Source: Trichoplax adhaerens (Eukaryota > Animalia > Placozoa). Taken from it: a DNA stretch of 64,000 bases. The notes under the pieces are model-generated. The model did no database searches and was not told the DNA's origin. It saw nothing but the letters and a program-made list of their open reading frames with translations. This document shows, in pieces, positions 11,001 through 24,400 of the stretch. The position numbers were made by a program, and so were the translations under genes. How positions within the stretch are numbered: the stretch's first letter is position 1; every line of letters begins with the position of its first letter. Location of the stretch: the NCBI RefSeq assembly GCF_000150275.1, contig NW_002060952.1, positions 1,984,795 to 2,048,794 of the forward strand. Direction: 5' to 3'.

Positions 11001-14000
11001 ATTGTACGTTTAAAATTCGTTAATTCGTTATCGTTAAAATCAAGTTAAAAATGCTTCAAGATTCCTCTTCAAATGACAAAACAGTTTACCACGTTGAACA
11101 CTAGTAGTAAATTGTAACCTTATTAATTTTTAAAGACTGCTACATAATATACCGCTTCAATTGTAATATGCGTAGGTATCATCGTAAGTTTACTGTACTG
11201 TACATACCTAAAGTGGAAGATTTCATTTCTCTGCAAGGAATATTTTGTAGTGACCATAAGAGAAATGGAAACTTAGCAGAAAAGCAGCGGTAGATTTTAC
11301 TTCCGTATGATACCCTAAAATCTCTTAATGTTGTCGATTTTCCTATGCATACATACACGATACTTCAGTACATTGGCCTCCTTATCATGACTGAATATTC
11401 TCTCGTACATGACGAACATTGAAATATTTTTCTATAAAAGAAATTGCCCGCTATACGTAAATAAGTTTCCGTTTCTACCGCATTTTTAACTTGACATATT
11501 ATAATTATATTTCAAGAGACGGCAATGGCTACAAATAAGTACGTTCTAGTTTGACGACGACATTCTTGATAATCTAATATCAATAATGACTTGATAGCTT
11601 TGCAAAGAAGTGATCAAAGCAATGAGCAAAATTTGGAAAGGCATTTATAACCTACATAAACTGTAGCTTTGTCAATATTAGAATATATTGTATTATAGAC
11701 TTAAAGTATAGTGTACAGTAGCATTTGTATTACAAGTATATCGGCAACTAACGATTATATTTACCATCGCATGTGCTTACTTATAAGGTAGCTATTGTCA
11801 GTGTTTGCTTGGACGACGTTGTACTGTATGTTCAATTATGATTGAATTGTTAAACTTTTATGACATCATTGATTAGTTATGGGCTAGCACTATCCTAATA
11901 TAAACAATTTACATTCCCACGACCGATTGATCAGCCGTCGTACACGCCTCCTTTTACATTCAATCGATCTTTATTATTTTAAACAATAGCGGTAAGTAGC
12001 AATGAACACAAACGGCGCGGACAACTCATTCTGTCTACTGTATTCATAAATTTACGAAACTGTCCTCAGGTAATTAACTACGGCAAATTTCACTGTATTG
12101 TTTATTATTGTTTCAACAACGTACATTCACTACTCGCGCCGTAAGACATCGGATAAACGATGCTATAATACATTAGCATATGAGCATTATATTATCATGT
12201 TATCCATGAAAAACATCGATGAAGGGCCCATCCTATCTCTTTACCGGGAGGATCTTTTTATTGTTGACTAAAAACTGACAGTTGAAAGGAGGGAACAAAG
12301 TGTGTACAGAAATCTTACATATACCAAGTATCTATTTATTTACCTTTAAATTTTCTTATGCTCAGGATAAAGAAATAAAGAAACTTGTTAGTGTTAGTTT
12401 TTATCAGTTTATAGTGAAATCAATGTGCACTATGCAACTTGAAATGAACCCTGTTCGATGGCATCACAGTGCCAGAGTAATCCGTATAAAAATTACTATG
12501 CCATATTATGGAAGCAGGATCAGACATGAGAATAATAACGGTCCATTTAGAATCTACAGCTAATAGTACAGCATGATCAATTGATCATTTACGTAAATAT
12601 GACATTGTTACTTATGAAACTCTGTTATCATTTGCTATTTGGCTAATAATTAATTAATACATATGGGTAATGCCAACAACGTATCACATTGTACAATATG
12701 ATACTCTTTGGATTTGTATACGTTTACCTTCAGGCGAAATGCAATACACATTGTATCTTCGAAATAGAGTTGTCCCTCGTTTGCTGAAAGTATCTTATGT
12801 ATTCAACGTATTACGATTTCAGCAATTTCTTAACATCATCATAACTAAAGTGATGATTCGTTATACTATAGGTAATTGTACAGTACATCAGTTGTGATAC
12901 TTCTGCTGGTGCAACTTATAAAAATACTACCATTCGACAGCAAGTCTTCAATAGCGCACGACCTTGAGATAGTAATTAGTAAAATCAACTTTGCATACAA
13001 CCTTATGCTGGAAAAATGAAATCAATAATATATAATTATGAAAATTATACCTGTAACATCATCTCTAACAATTTAGTGAATAATTGTAGATGTAATCAAT
13101 AAATATCATCAACGCGATAGATTACAGTAATTAATATTTTCATAATGGTACATTATTCGCTTTATATAAATCTCCAAGTGCTAGTAACAACTGTAAATTT
13201 AGGTGATTGATTAAATGTCAATATTTCACTATACTAGGGATACATATTCGCATTATATGATTAATGCATAACAAACAATTATTAGAAGGACTACTTCTGT
13301 TAGTCTACACTCTTTCCCTATCTCGGCCGATATATATTAGAAATCTACCACAATCTGCTATTAGGAACAATTGTTTTATTATTATAAGGCCACATTCTAA
13401 AGTAATATCTATCGTTGATTATATTATTTATCTACGCTGATCACAACTTCTGTTATTATTGTAATAATAACCGACTGTTTTGTTGATTTATTTTAACTTA
13501 GAAACATGTTCCCGCAAAATTTGGTACAAGCTTGCTTCCAACAGGTATTTCAAATTTAAATATGATAGTGTAGCTATCGTATCACATAATTTTCAAGTAA
13601 ACAAAGGCTACAAGCATCTATAATACTTATAAATACGAAATAATTGGTAAAAGTAGTTACACAACGACTGCGTAGATCTAGTTCCACAGTTATCGTGCGC
13701 TGCATTAGATAGTTTAAAATCAGTTGTGATGATGCTTCCATTGTTGTATTTATGTGTAATAAATTCAATATGAATTAATCAAAGTTTCTATAATTCACCA
13801 ATATTATTTATATACTACGGAAATAAAAACAACTTTTATTTAAATTTACCTTATAAGTGTATCTTTTTCGAACACAGAGAAGTATATAAAATTTGGCATC
13901 GCTATTAATAACGCGCATACTTATGAATTATTGTATAGATACACGACATATTCCTGTATATAGTAATTGTCACGATCAGAATATTGCTGCAAAGAAAAGT

Positions 14001-15472
14001 CATTTAAGGCGGCTTTTACCTCTTAACCTAACTTTACGTGATTTAAATTTATTTAGCAAAAAACCATTTTCAAGACCGTACGGGTAGCTGAAAAAGTGGT
14101 GATACATAACGCTACAACAAATACAACAATTACTTATACCGTTATGCCAACTATGATTAGCGAAATACCCGTTACTGGTACTCCAAACATCTCTAATGTC
14201 ACTTTGCCAAAATTCACCAATATTGGATCAATCCAGTACGTAAGCGGTATGAATGTATTGGGATTGGTGGTTTTCTCAATTGCCTTCGGCATTACAATGA
14301 GCCGCATCGGAGAAGCTGGTAAACCAATTCAAAATTTCTTCTTGTCATTAAATGAAGTTGTTATGCGATTAGTCGGATTGGTAATGTGGTAAGTAAAACT
14401 TAAATAATTCTCATAATTTAATATTTACTATATCCCAGCAATAATTACTAAAGAAAATGAAATCTTTAAAAATTTCACTCCATAGGTATTCTCCTATTGG
14501 TATTATGTTCTTAATCGCCGGTAAAATTATTGAAATGGATGACTTCGGAAAGGTTATGGGCTCTCTTGGTTTGTATATGGCGACAGTATTAATTGGTTTA
14601 TTTATCCACTCTTTGGTTACACTGCCACTCATCTACTTCATATTCGTCCGCAAGAACCCTTTTGTCTTCACTAAAGGTGTTTTGCAAGCGTTAGTAACAG
14701 CTTTCGGTACTGCATCAAGGTATGCATTTTATTCGCGCCTACATTTATCGTTACTCATAAGTCTACAATATGTACATATATATGTATACTAATTATTGTA
14801 ATATCTATTAGTTCGGCAACCCTACCAGTAACATTTAAATGTTTGGAAGATAATTTGCATATCGACAAGCGTGTAACTCGCTTTGTTCTGCCTATTGGAG
14901 CTACTATTAATATGGATGGCACCGCATTATACGAAGCCGTAGCCTCGGTATTCATTGCTCAAGTAAATGGTATCGCTCTCAACTTTGGTCAACTTATTAC
15001 CGTCAGGTAAATATTTAATTTAGCACTTGTCTCGCTATTTACACTAATAAGTAATGACGAAGCTGTGTTATGTTGTGAGAACCTCCAAATCCCTTACTTT
15101 TATTTACATCATTGTTAAAGCTTAACCGCTACGCTGGCTTCAATTGGCGCTGCTGGTATTCCCCAGGCTGGCCTGGTCACCATGTTGCTGGTACTAACTG
15201 CGGTTGGTTTACCAACTGAAGATATAACCTTGATTTATGCTATTGACTGGTTCCTCGATCGCGTTCGTACGGCTATTAATGTTCTTGGTGATGCTTATGG
15301 AACTGGTATTGTGCATAAGCTATCAATAGCTGAATTAGATGATGCTGATGCTCGTGAACAAGCTAGGAAATTGGAAGAAGGTGAATTCGAAGATGATAAA
15401 AAAGATGAAAATGGCTACGAGCGCTCTGTTCGTGCTAGTGGAAATGAAAATCGTTTAGAAAGTCAATTGTAA
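8002..15472 (+). CDS. SLC1A/EAAT-family acidic amino acid transporter, paralog 2 (complete, 6 coding exons)
   Basis: Exons 8002-8489, 13502-13544, 14057-14388, 14486-14719, 14812-15006 and 15121-15472 join in frame over GT-AG introns. Motifs: [55 protein letters not shown] (HP1), NMDGTALYE (TM7), [17 protein letters not shown]. Ends ESQL. Confidence 0.97.
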
Positions 15473-18400
15473 ACTGTGGGTATCGCAAAGTATTTATTAC
15501 GATCTGTTTTCGGCAGAACTGAATACTATTGCTTCTAACTGCTGTACATTAAATAACTCTTTACGATATTGTATGTTATTCATATTAACTAGTTTGTTCT
15601 ATATATTCATTTTAGATTATTGTAGTGCAAACTTGAGTCCACTTCGCTAAAAAGTTTCTTTGTGTTGTTTAATTGTTACGCTTGACGCAGTTTTTACTTT
15701 CAGTAATTGCCTTATTCGAGGCATTTTGCGTTTATTATTTGAACTTTTGCCTAAAAGTAAGAACTAATGTCGTGTTTGTCGTAGCAGCCCAGACTAGCTT
15801 TAAAATGTAAAATTTTGATTTAGGTTTAGCATAGTAACAGTATGAGGTTACATATCCTGCGTGAATATTATATGTAGCGTCTATGACTACGCTAGCATTA
15901 TAATTGTTGTTGAGTTGACGTCGCAAATCATCGATAATGAAGGTCTCTTGGCTACTTCAATATTTACTGGGCACAATAGGGTAGATAATTTAATTTGTTA
16001 CCATTATGTGCTATTAACTGCGATCATCTTCGAATTCAACAATACTATATATGCCTATGCCCTATTTTAACATACGGCTCTACAGGATTTGAGTCCTATC
16101 ACTGTAACAGATGTCAAAAATTCACAAGCAACACCATTCGTATGAAAAATAACAACGCTACTTTCGCCTTAACTTTATGTACCTTAAAGGAATAAGTAAT
16201 ATTTTGGCCCCGGCTTGTATGAATTAATAATATTTGCAGGTAATCTTAGTGTATTTATTAATTAAACTGGTGATATTAATAATTTAACGCCTTAACTGTG
16301 TTCGTATTTATTGTAAACTTTTAACTGCTAAATTAAATAGTTTAATTTAAATTCCTGATTTTAATCCATTAAATTTATAGCTACTTGTTCAGTTTAATTG
16401 ATATATTGTTGACGCGCTGTATATCATGTACTATTGGATAAATATATTAACAGAGATTTTGATAGCAAATAAATAAAGAACTGGGCTTAAGTTTGAAAAG
16501 ATTTCGATGATTCTCTGTCAAATTACAAGAACTTGATGTCATAGTAAAACTATATGGCTCAATTTAGAGAATTGTTCAATTCTTAAACCTTCTATTGTAT
16601 ACTGTTACATATCCGTACATTAAAGAGATTATCAAAATTTACATATTAATCATGAATAATGAAATTACTAATTAATTATCGGTCGAAAAGAGTTAGCTTT
16701 CAACAATGTGCTTACAAGAGTTTATTAAGAAACTCGGTGCTCAATAGAACTCGTTTGCACTGATTATCTAGGGAAAGCAATATCAATATTCTCTTTAAGT
16801 GTAATCAGTACTCTCTTAACAAAAACCTTCGTGGCGATATACACACTTGACAATCTATTAAATTCTGATTATGCATGAACAGTATCCATACAAAATGCGT
16901 GGAATCCAAAAGTTTTTACTAGACTTCACCAGGATAGAGACTACTGAAGGACAACTAATACAAAAGGGGGACATGAAGGTGCTACTCTGCGATCATAATT
17001 GATAAACCATTGCAAATATTACTTTTGCAATCATACTCAAACTAGGGGAGTGGAACTAGGCAGAATTTCGTAGCACAAAGAAAATCTACAAATTCGTAAA
17101 TAGTACTCAGGCACACAGTAACAGCAAACTTGTAACGAATATATAATACTGAACTATCTTTTAAAGATGCGTACTATAAGTATCTTATGCTTTACTATTA
17201 CGGAAATTAGTCTAAATTTTTTTAGGAAAGCATAAACAATTACTCTAGAATAGCACTAATGACTAGAGGCTACCATATGTAACTATTTGTTCATAATTCA
17301 ACCCTTACTCAGCCCAATAGCAGGTAAAAAAGTATTGCAAGAATGTAGATTATAACTATTTAATATACAGGTCAATACTTGTTAACCTTACTTATGAAGT
17401 TCTTATAATTATAGTAGATGATTAATTACAGGGTGCTCGGTAAACAATATTGAACCACATTACAATTGCAGTACAGTATGAACTTGTTATTTATCGAAAA
17501 TTTTAGAAAATACTTAGGTACAGTATAAATCCGCGCTCGAATAATCTGATGGATAACTTAAAGCACTGGATAAACGAGTACAAACGAGATTTTTTAATTC
17601 CGCCCTTTATGATAAGAAAATATATAATTACAATTGTAAGGTATTTCAAATTTTCATATTGTCATAGAAAGATATCACAGCTGTTTATGGGCATGAATAC
17701 TAAATTAATTAAGATTTGTATCACGAGACTGGCATTAATATCGGTACGAGCGTTGCTATAAACATGAGGCCACCTAAGTATAAATATCCGAGATAAGTTA
17801 TTAATCAGTATTATGTAATAAAATATACAGAAGTTCAAAGGTATTGAAATTCTAGCAATATGTTTCCAACTGTATTGATAAAGCGCGAATAAACTGTATG
17901 CTATTGACAAAAACGAAACTGTCAACATTATCCACCATTGTATATCACGTTGAAAGTATGATAACAATTGCATTCTCATAGTATTGTTAAACTATCATCG
18001 ATAGTGACCGATAATTTACAGCAATGAATTAACTAATTTGGAAAAATGTTTTTATTATTTATCGACTAGTAGGATTTCTATTTTTTTCAATGATATGCAG
18101 CAAAGGTAGTAGTTAGGGTCATGATGGTAGACAGAATAATAAATTTTACTATTTTATATTCATGTATATGAACGAAAAATGCTCTTTGCAGAATGTTAGT
18201 GGTACTTGTGTAAACCAAACTGAAAATCATTTTCAGACAAATAGTATTGATGAGATTTTCAGCCTTCGTTATAAAGTTATATATACTAGTGATCATATAC
18301 AACTAATATCATTAATAGCTTATCCATATTACGTATAGTCAAGAGCCACAGCATAATCAGACATACTGCAAGTTTATAATTGAAAGTCAATTGATTCGTA

Positions 18401-21400
18401 AAACAAAGCTCTCAATTTTATTTATTTTCTTTTCATGCTAAAGAAACTGAAAGAATTTTACAGTAATATCAATTAAACAATTTCAAAATGAAAATTTCAT
18501 TATACTAATCAATCTAAAGGAACTTTTAACCATTCAGTCGTATTATTTATATATGAAATATAGTATATGCTCTAGAATGATATCAAATCCAGACAATGAT
18601 ATTGGATTAAAGGCTAAAGATCTATGTTAAAGAAAACTGCCTTTAGGCTTTCGCTTTCCTATTAATTTGACTTTTCCCCAAATGAAAAGAGTATTATTCA
18701 CTACCAAGTACTCTCTAATAATATATTTATCAGATATGCCATGGAATTAGCTTTTAGTGGGAAATATTGCATCAAGTTTATGTATCACAGCAGACTCACG
18801 CAATTGCTGTGGAAGAAAAAAGAATGAAATTCCAAGCTTTAACAACTGTCGTGCATAAATAATGGAATCAATATGTTCTTTTATCCTTATACATTCATTA
18901 TTTACAGTAGTAGATAATATCGTTCTATTCTAACAATACAATTAAATCAAGTTTGAAGAGCTGTTTACTAAAAATTATCACTATACAACCAGGAAAAGCA
19001 AACTTAAGGTTAAAAATTGATAAAAAAGCTATAATAAATAAATCCAGTAGGTCCAATTTGGAAATTTAATATAAATCTTGCAGTAAATGCTACTTACTGG
19101 ACTGCGAATAATGTATTACAAAGTTAAATTCGGGAAATATTGTCAAAATTAATAAAAAAGAATAGATTGGCATCTTATTTACGATCATATAGATTTTAAT
19201 AATATTACAGTAATTTAAAATAAAAATCCTCCGCTTTCTATACAATTGATATTTCAATTCAGCGTGCAAAAACAATATTGTTTTTAACTGCATATTTGTT
19301 AAGCCAAGATATTCTCATCCTTAAATTCAGCAAACAGTAATGAAAGTAACTAATTTCTTCTTTCAACGTGAAGTGGATTTCGATTATGAAATATAAAGTT
19401 AAGTTTAAAATTGAGAACCAAGAACAATATAACATATATATAGAACAATAATAAAAAAATATACTGGAATAAGTATACATTAGGTCAAGAAACAATGCTA
19501 ATCTAAAATATTTTATGATCCCTAAATACCTGTTCCTATCATAAATAATCTATCAGCTAAAAAAAGTATGAGTGAAAATATTAATTATTCTTAATTTTTT
19601 CAATAATTTAATCAAATACTTCAATCACTTCCCTAAATTAGTTATAAAAACAGTGGAGTTGTGAACTAGAGAAAAATTGAAATATTAAACTAAAGGTTTG
19701 CCGTCATTTATTAGGAAAGAATTTTCGGCGTGGTATTAAAATCATAAAATTCTTCTATAAGTTATGTGCGAATTTTATCGAATACAGTTTGCCTGTAGAC
19801 CAATGTAAATTAAGTTCCTATACCATCCTTATTCCAACCTATGCTAAATTACCTCCTATTACAAGAATTTATCGACGTTATTAGTTTATAATCAAGGTTA
19901 TTTTACTGACGAGTAATGCGGAGTGTACAAATTCAAGTAACAAATTGTGTTTAGCCACTCATGTTTATTTGGAGACGATTATGCGAGAGTAGTAAATTGG
20001 ATGATTCTGCTTTAATGAAATCTCTTTATACAACCTAACTCTAACCCTTTATACGATGATTATTTAAATTACACATGATGCTAAGGGCTAAATTCACTTT
20101 ATCTCCTGTTATACAGAATAATTATGATACGTTATACTTATATACCTTTAATTGCTATCTAAACGTCAAATTTTCTTTTATCTCATATTGGATATATCTA
20201 AAATATTATCTATTCCTTAATATTACAATATTAAATCATCTCTAAACTTTAGATTTAATGATTGAGAACTTGTCAACTAGAACAGAACACCCTCCTACAT
20301 TACAGTAACATGCAGCATTTGATTTTGAAAAAGGAAGGTTAGGGTAATTGCTTACTTGATTACTATTAAGCAAGTCTCAGTAATTTTCATGCTGTTTAGA
20401 AATTGCTCATGTTCAGCACTAATTGTGATCCTTGTCCATCATTTCTTTCTATAACTGACTCATTTCGGGTAAGTATAAACCCTGGGTATGAGAATAATAT
20501 AGAATTTAATTTTTAACGGTAAAAGTTAATCGCCAACTACTGCACGATATAATTATTGCTTTTTTAGGAAATTGTATCAGAATACGATAAGTTTATGAGC
20601 TCACATTATCTGGTTAAGAATAAGGATATTCAAAATGCACCTGCTTATCAAAATAAAAACAGGCTCTAGCAGAAAGATAATAAGACTGAAATGAAAGGCG
20701 ATCAATTTCCATATAATCCCCTGTCTAAAGCTCAGTTTACGAAATCAATTTAGCAAATAAGATAACGTAATCTACTTTGTAAAGAAAATTGTAAAACTAA
20801 ATAGTCATTATGACTAGATAAAGTATCGAGTTGTTCAAATATGTTAGGGTAAGACAAGCTGTAATGATTGAGTAGAATAGCTACTGTAAGATCGTAAGAA
20901 TAACAGTCGATAAAATTATATTAAAACACTAGTGCTAATAACCTTATGGAGGCTGATCTAAACATATGGGTAGACAAGTTATAAATCATCGACAACTTTC
21001 GACTTAAGAATAATAAATAAGATTACAATAATAGTTTGGTAAGTTAGGCCTATAGCAAATACAATCAGCAATGCGAAATTGTTGCCAAAGTACTATATCA
21101 ATATTACCAGATGTATGAAAACTAAAGACAATCGAATATAAAATCTGTTACAAAATATTAACGTAGTATGAAAGTAAGCAGCATACTAACTACTTAGAAT
21201 TAAACAGCACTTCGTTTAAAGAGGCACGATTAGTAGAATAATATAATAATTAGGTATAATATGAAGAAAACTGTAGCTATTTAAGATCAGTGAGTAATTA
21301 AGCTAATAATCTTGATGAAAATAATTCGATGTTTATAATTTCTTTCTATTAGTAATCATACAGAAAAATATTGATCTTAATGTTTACTCCATCTTTTAGA

Positions 21401-24400
21401 AATAAAGTCATGAAATTGTAACCTCATCAATTCTAAGACCATCACTCTAATATTTGTATTACTATTCAGATGCAATCAATCCATTATCCATTAGCTCTGC
21501 TTTAAGAGTTATGTATGGTATTAATTTGTGGGAAATACTGGAATAGATGAGATTACAACTAAATCTTTTTCTGTATCTCAGCCTATTTTACAACAATTAA
21601 AATCAATTCTTTTCTTACAAAAGCAAGATTGCGATCTTTGACTTGATTATATAAGCTTTTCAATATAATTCAATATGTTAATAAGAAAGAAATCCTGAGG
21701 ATTAATAAATGTGATACAGGTAATAGTTTAATTTTCTTTGTATAATGCAAACAGTTATCGGATTCTGAGAAGCATGATATAATTTCAGCTTAAGCCAGCT
21801 ATTCGTTCAGATTAAAATACGAGAATTAATTGCCTAAGGATGACGAAATGTTAAAATATCCTGAAAGATGCCGATTAAATAAAATTAAGTAGATACAATA
21901 TGTGACGAACAACGCCTTCGCAAATTTAAAGCTTAAATTATGACTCTCAAGTGGACTTTAGCTTACTCCTTCATAGCCTAACATGTGTACCAGTTGCACA
22001 ATATGTAATATTCTATGTTATAGCGCTCAAAAATTAATCCTGTGTAAATTTTATGTCAAATAGATATTATAACGCGTGTTTACTAGGCAAGCATCAATAA
22101 TTTGCTGGTGGCCACTGTCAATTATCAAGGAACGTATAAAAGTCTAGTCCACAATTTTAATTAATTAGAAAGCAATAATGGATTAGCATATTCTTTATAA
22201 AATAATTTTTCTGTTTACTATTTTAGAGTAACAACTGCATAAGAGAATAATGATATTTATCGAATTGTAAAGAATTTATTCCATCTGTACCACCGCTAAT
22301 GAGTATAACTAATGTATTGCTGTACCACTATTGATGGCTATAAATGGCATGTTGCCTAGTAAGAATAAATCTAATCGTTAATCTATTTTTACTTGACTTC
22401 ATAGCTTAACGTTGAGTCATTACTTAAAAGGGCTTATGCATAAAAATAGATTAAAAATAATCTCCCGCTAGTATTTTATAGTTTTAAAATTGAAATAGCA
22501 GTAAGAGTAAAATTAATTAAGCTTCAAATCTACGACTAAAGTAAGCATATATATCGGAGGCGTACATTTTTGTCAACAATGCTTAAGATGTAAACTCTCA
22601 ACGCATTAATTTAAAACTATTTCATCATCATTGCCATAAATTATGTAATCAATGTCAAGATTACATGGATTTTACCTTATTTTTTTCATGATAAATAAAC
22701 TAATTCGAATATACACATACTGTCAAATAAAATTACGTTTTATTTATCTGGCTAAATATATAAAAGTAAATATAATGAGTAATCTGGGTGGGTTAGGAAT
22801 GTTTTAGTAATAGCTATTAGCAATATTAAACCGTGTTGTTCATATGTATTTATTACCTAACAAAGTCTCTTTGTTTTTCTTTAAATTTTTTAATATCATG
22901 TCGGAAAGTGTCATTAATTTTAAAGTAGTCCTGTCAGATTTCTTAACTAGGGAAAAAATAATTTTACAGGCCAGCATTGGTGAATAATACATCAAAAGTT
23001 GTTAGCATTTAGTTCAATCTAAAGATGCAATATAGTATTAAAATCATGTTAAGGAGCTAACGTATCAAAAATTGTTGCTGCTCACATCTATATGATTAAA
23101 CTTAATGTACGTGGCAATGATATCCAGCTATAGTATGCATTTCAAAAGTATTAAACATGGCCATGTTATCCGATGCATATTTGAGAAATTACTCTAAATT
23201 AATTGCACAATAATATTATTTTCTTTATTTAATTCGAACTTAAATTAAACTAAGCAAGTAACCATAAACAGAGAAATATCTATGCAAATATTGCATAAAA
23301 ATAAGCTTTTGAAGAAATTATGATGAAATTTATGCCTGTAATTATGGAATTGAATGAAGATCACTAAGCCAATGCTTTTAAGTTTAGTTAGAAACGGCAA
23401 CATATCAATAGTTTACATTAATACGAACATTATTATGAATATTATTCGAATGATCTAATTTGACAAATATTTCGTCAGATAGTAATCAATAGCATGCCAT
23501 TAAGTAAATTTTAACGCCTACTTGAATTAATAGAAATAGCTATTCGTAAACCAAATAGCTAACAATCAAGTCATGAAATATTCGCTTAGGTATGATTAGT
23601 TGATATAAAAAAATTTACTGAAAGTAGTATTGATCCATATAAATGGGGATTGGGATAGTTATTCCACCCACTATTACTTTTCCTTGGCGCCATATTTTAA
23701 TCAAGTAATCATTCAGGAAGGACTTTAACTATTCAATTGAACTACTGCTCAAGATAAAAAGTAGCCTACAGTTTCAGGGATATTATCGGCAGCTGTTTAA
23801 TAAGATACTGAGTATGTCGGAAAAGTATGGCATTGAATTCATATAAGTCAATAAATAGGATAGTTATAATTATACGAAATATTATGGTTTGTATAAAAAT
23901 TTCATTTTAAATGATAGCTAACAGCTGTCTGACAATAAGTGCAACAGATTGCATAAGGCTGGTGATTCATCTGAAATATGATAGCAGAAGTTATTAAATA
24001 ACAATGCTCTTATATACCCCTTCAGTAAGCAACTTAATCTCAACGTTAAATTACTTCGATATTTCATTTCGAATTTATTGCAGCGAGAACATATTATAAG
24101 TAGCTAATAGTGTATCTAGAATTAGATCATAACGGTAAGAGATAATATGCCCGCGCCGGCATCTATTGAGTGAGTAGGCCAGTTTGCAAGGTTAGCAACG
24201 AATGATAAAGTGTAACTAAAGCTATCCAATAACAGCGCGTAGTTTGTACATATAATATGATGATAACTATTTAGATTATTTAGTGTCTACACATGATGTA
24301 CTATATTTATGAAAGTAATGGAAGACAGAGGACTATGAAATAAATTTAAATACATACGCGTACGTAATATTTTAAGATATAATTAGTTTTGAACAACTGC

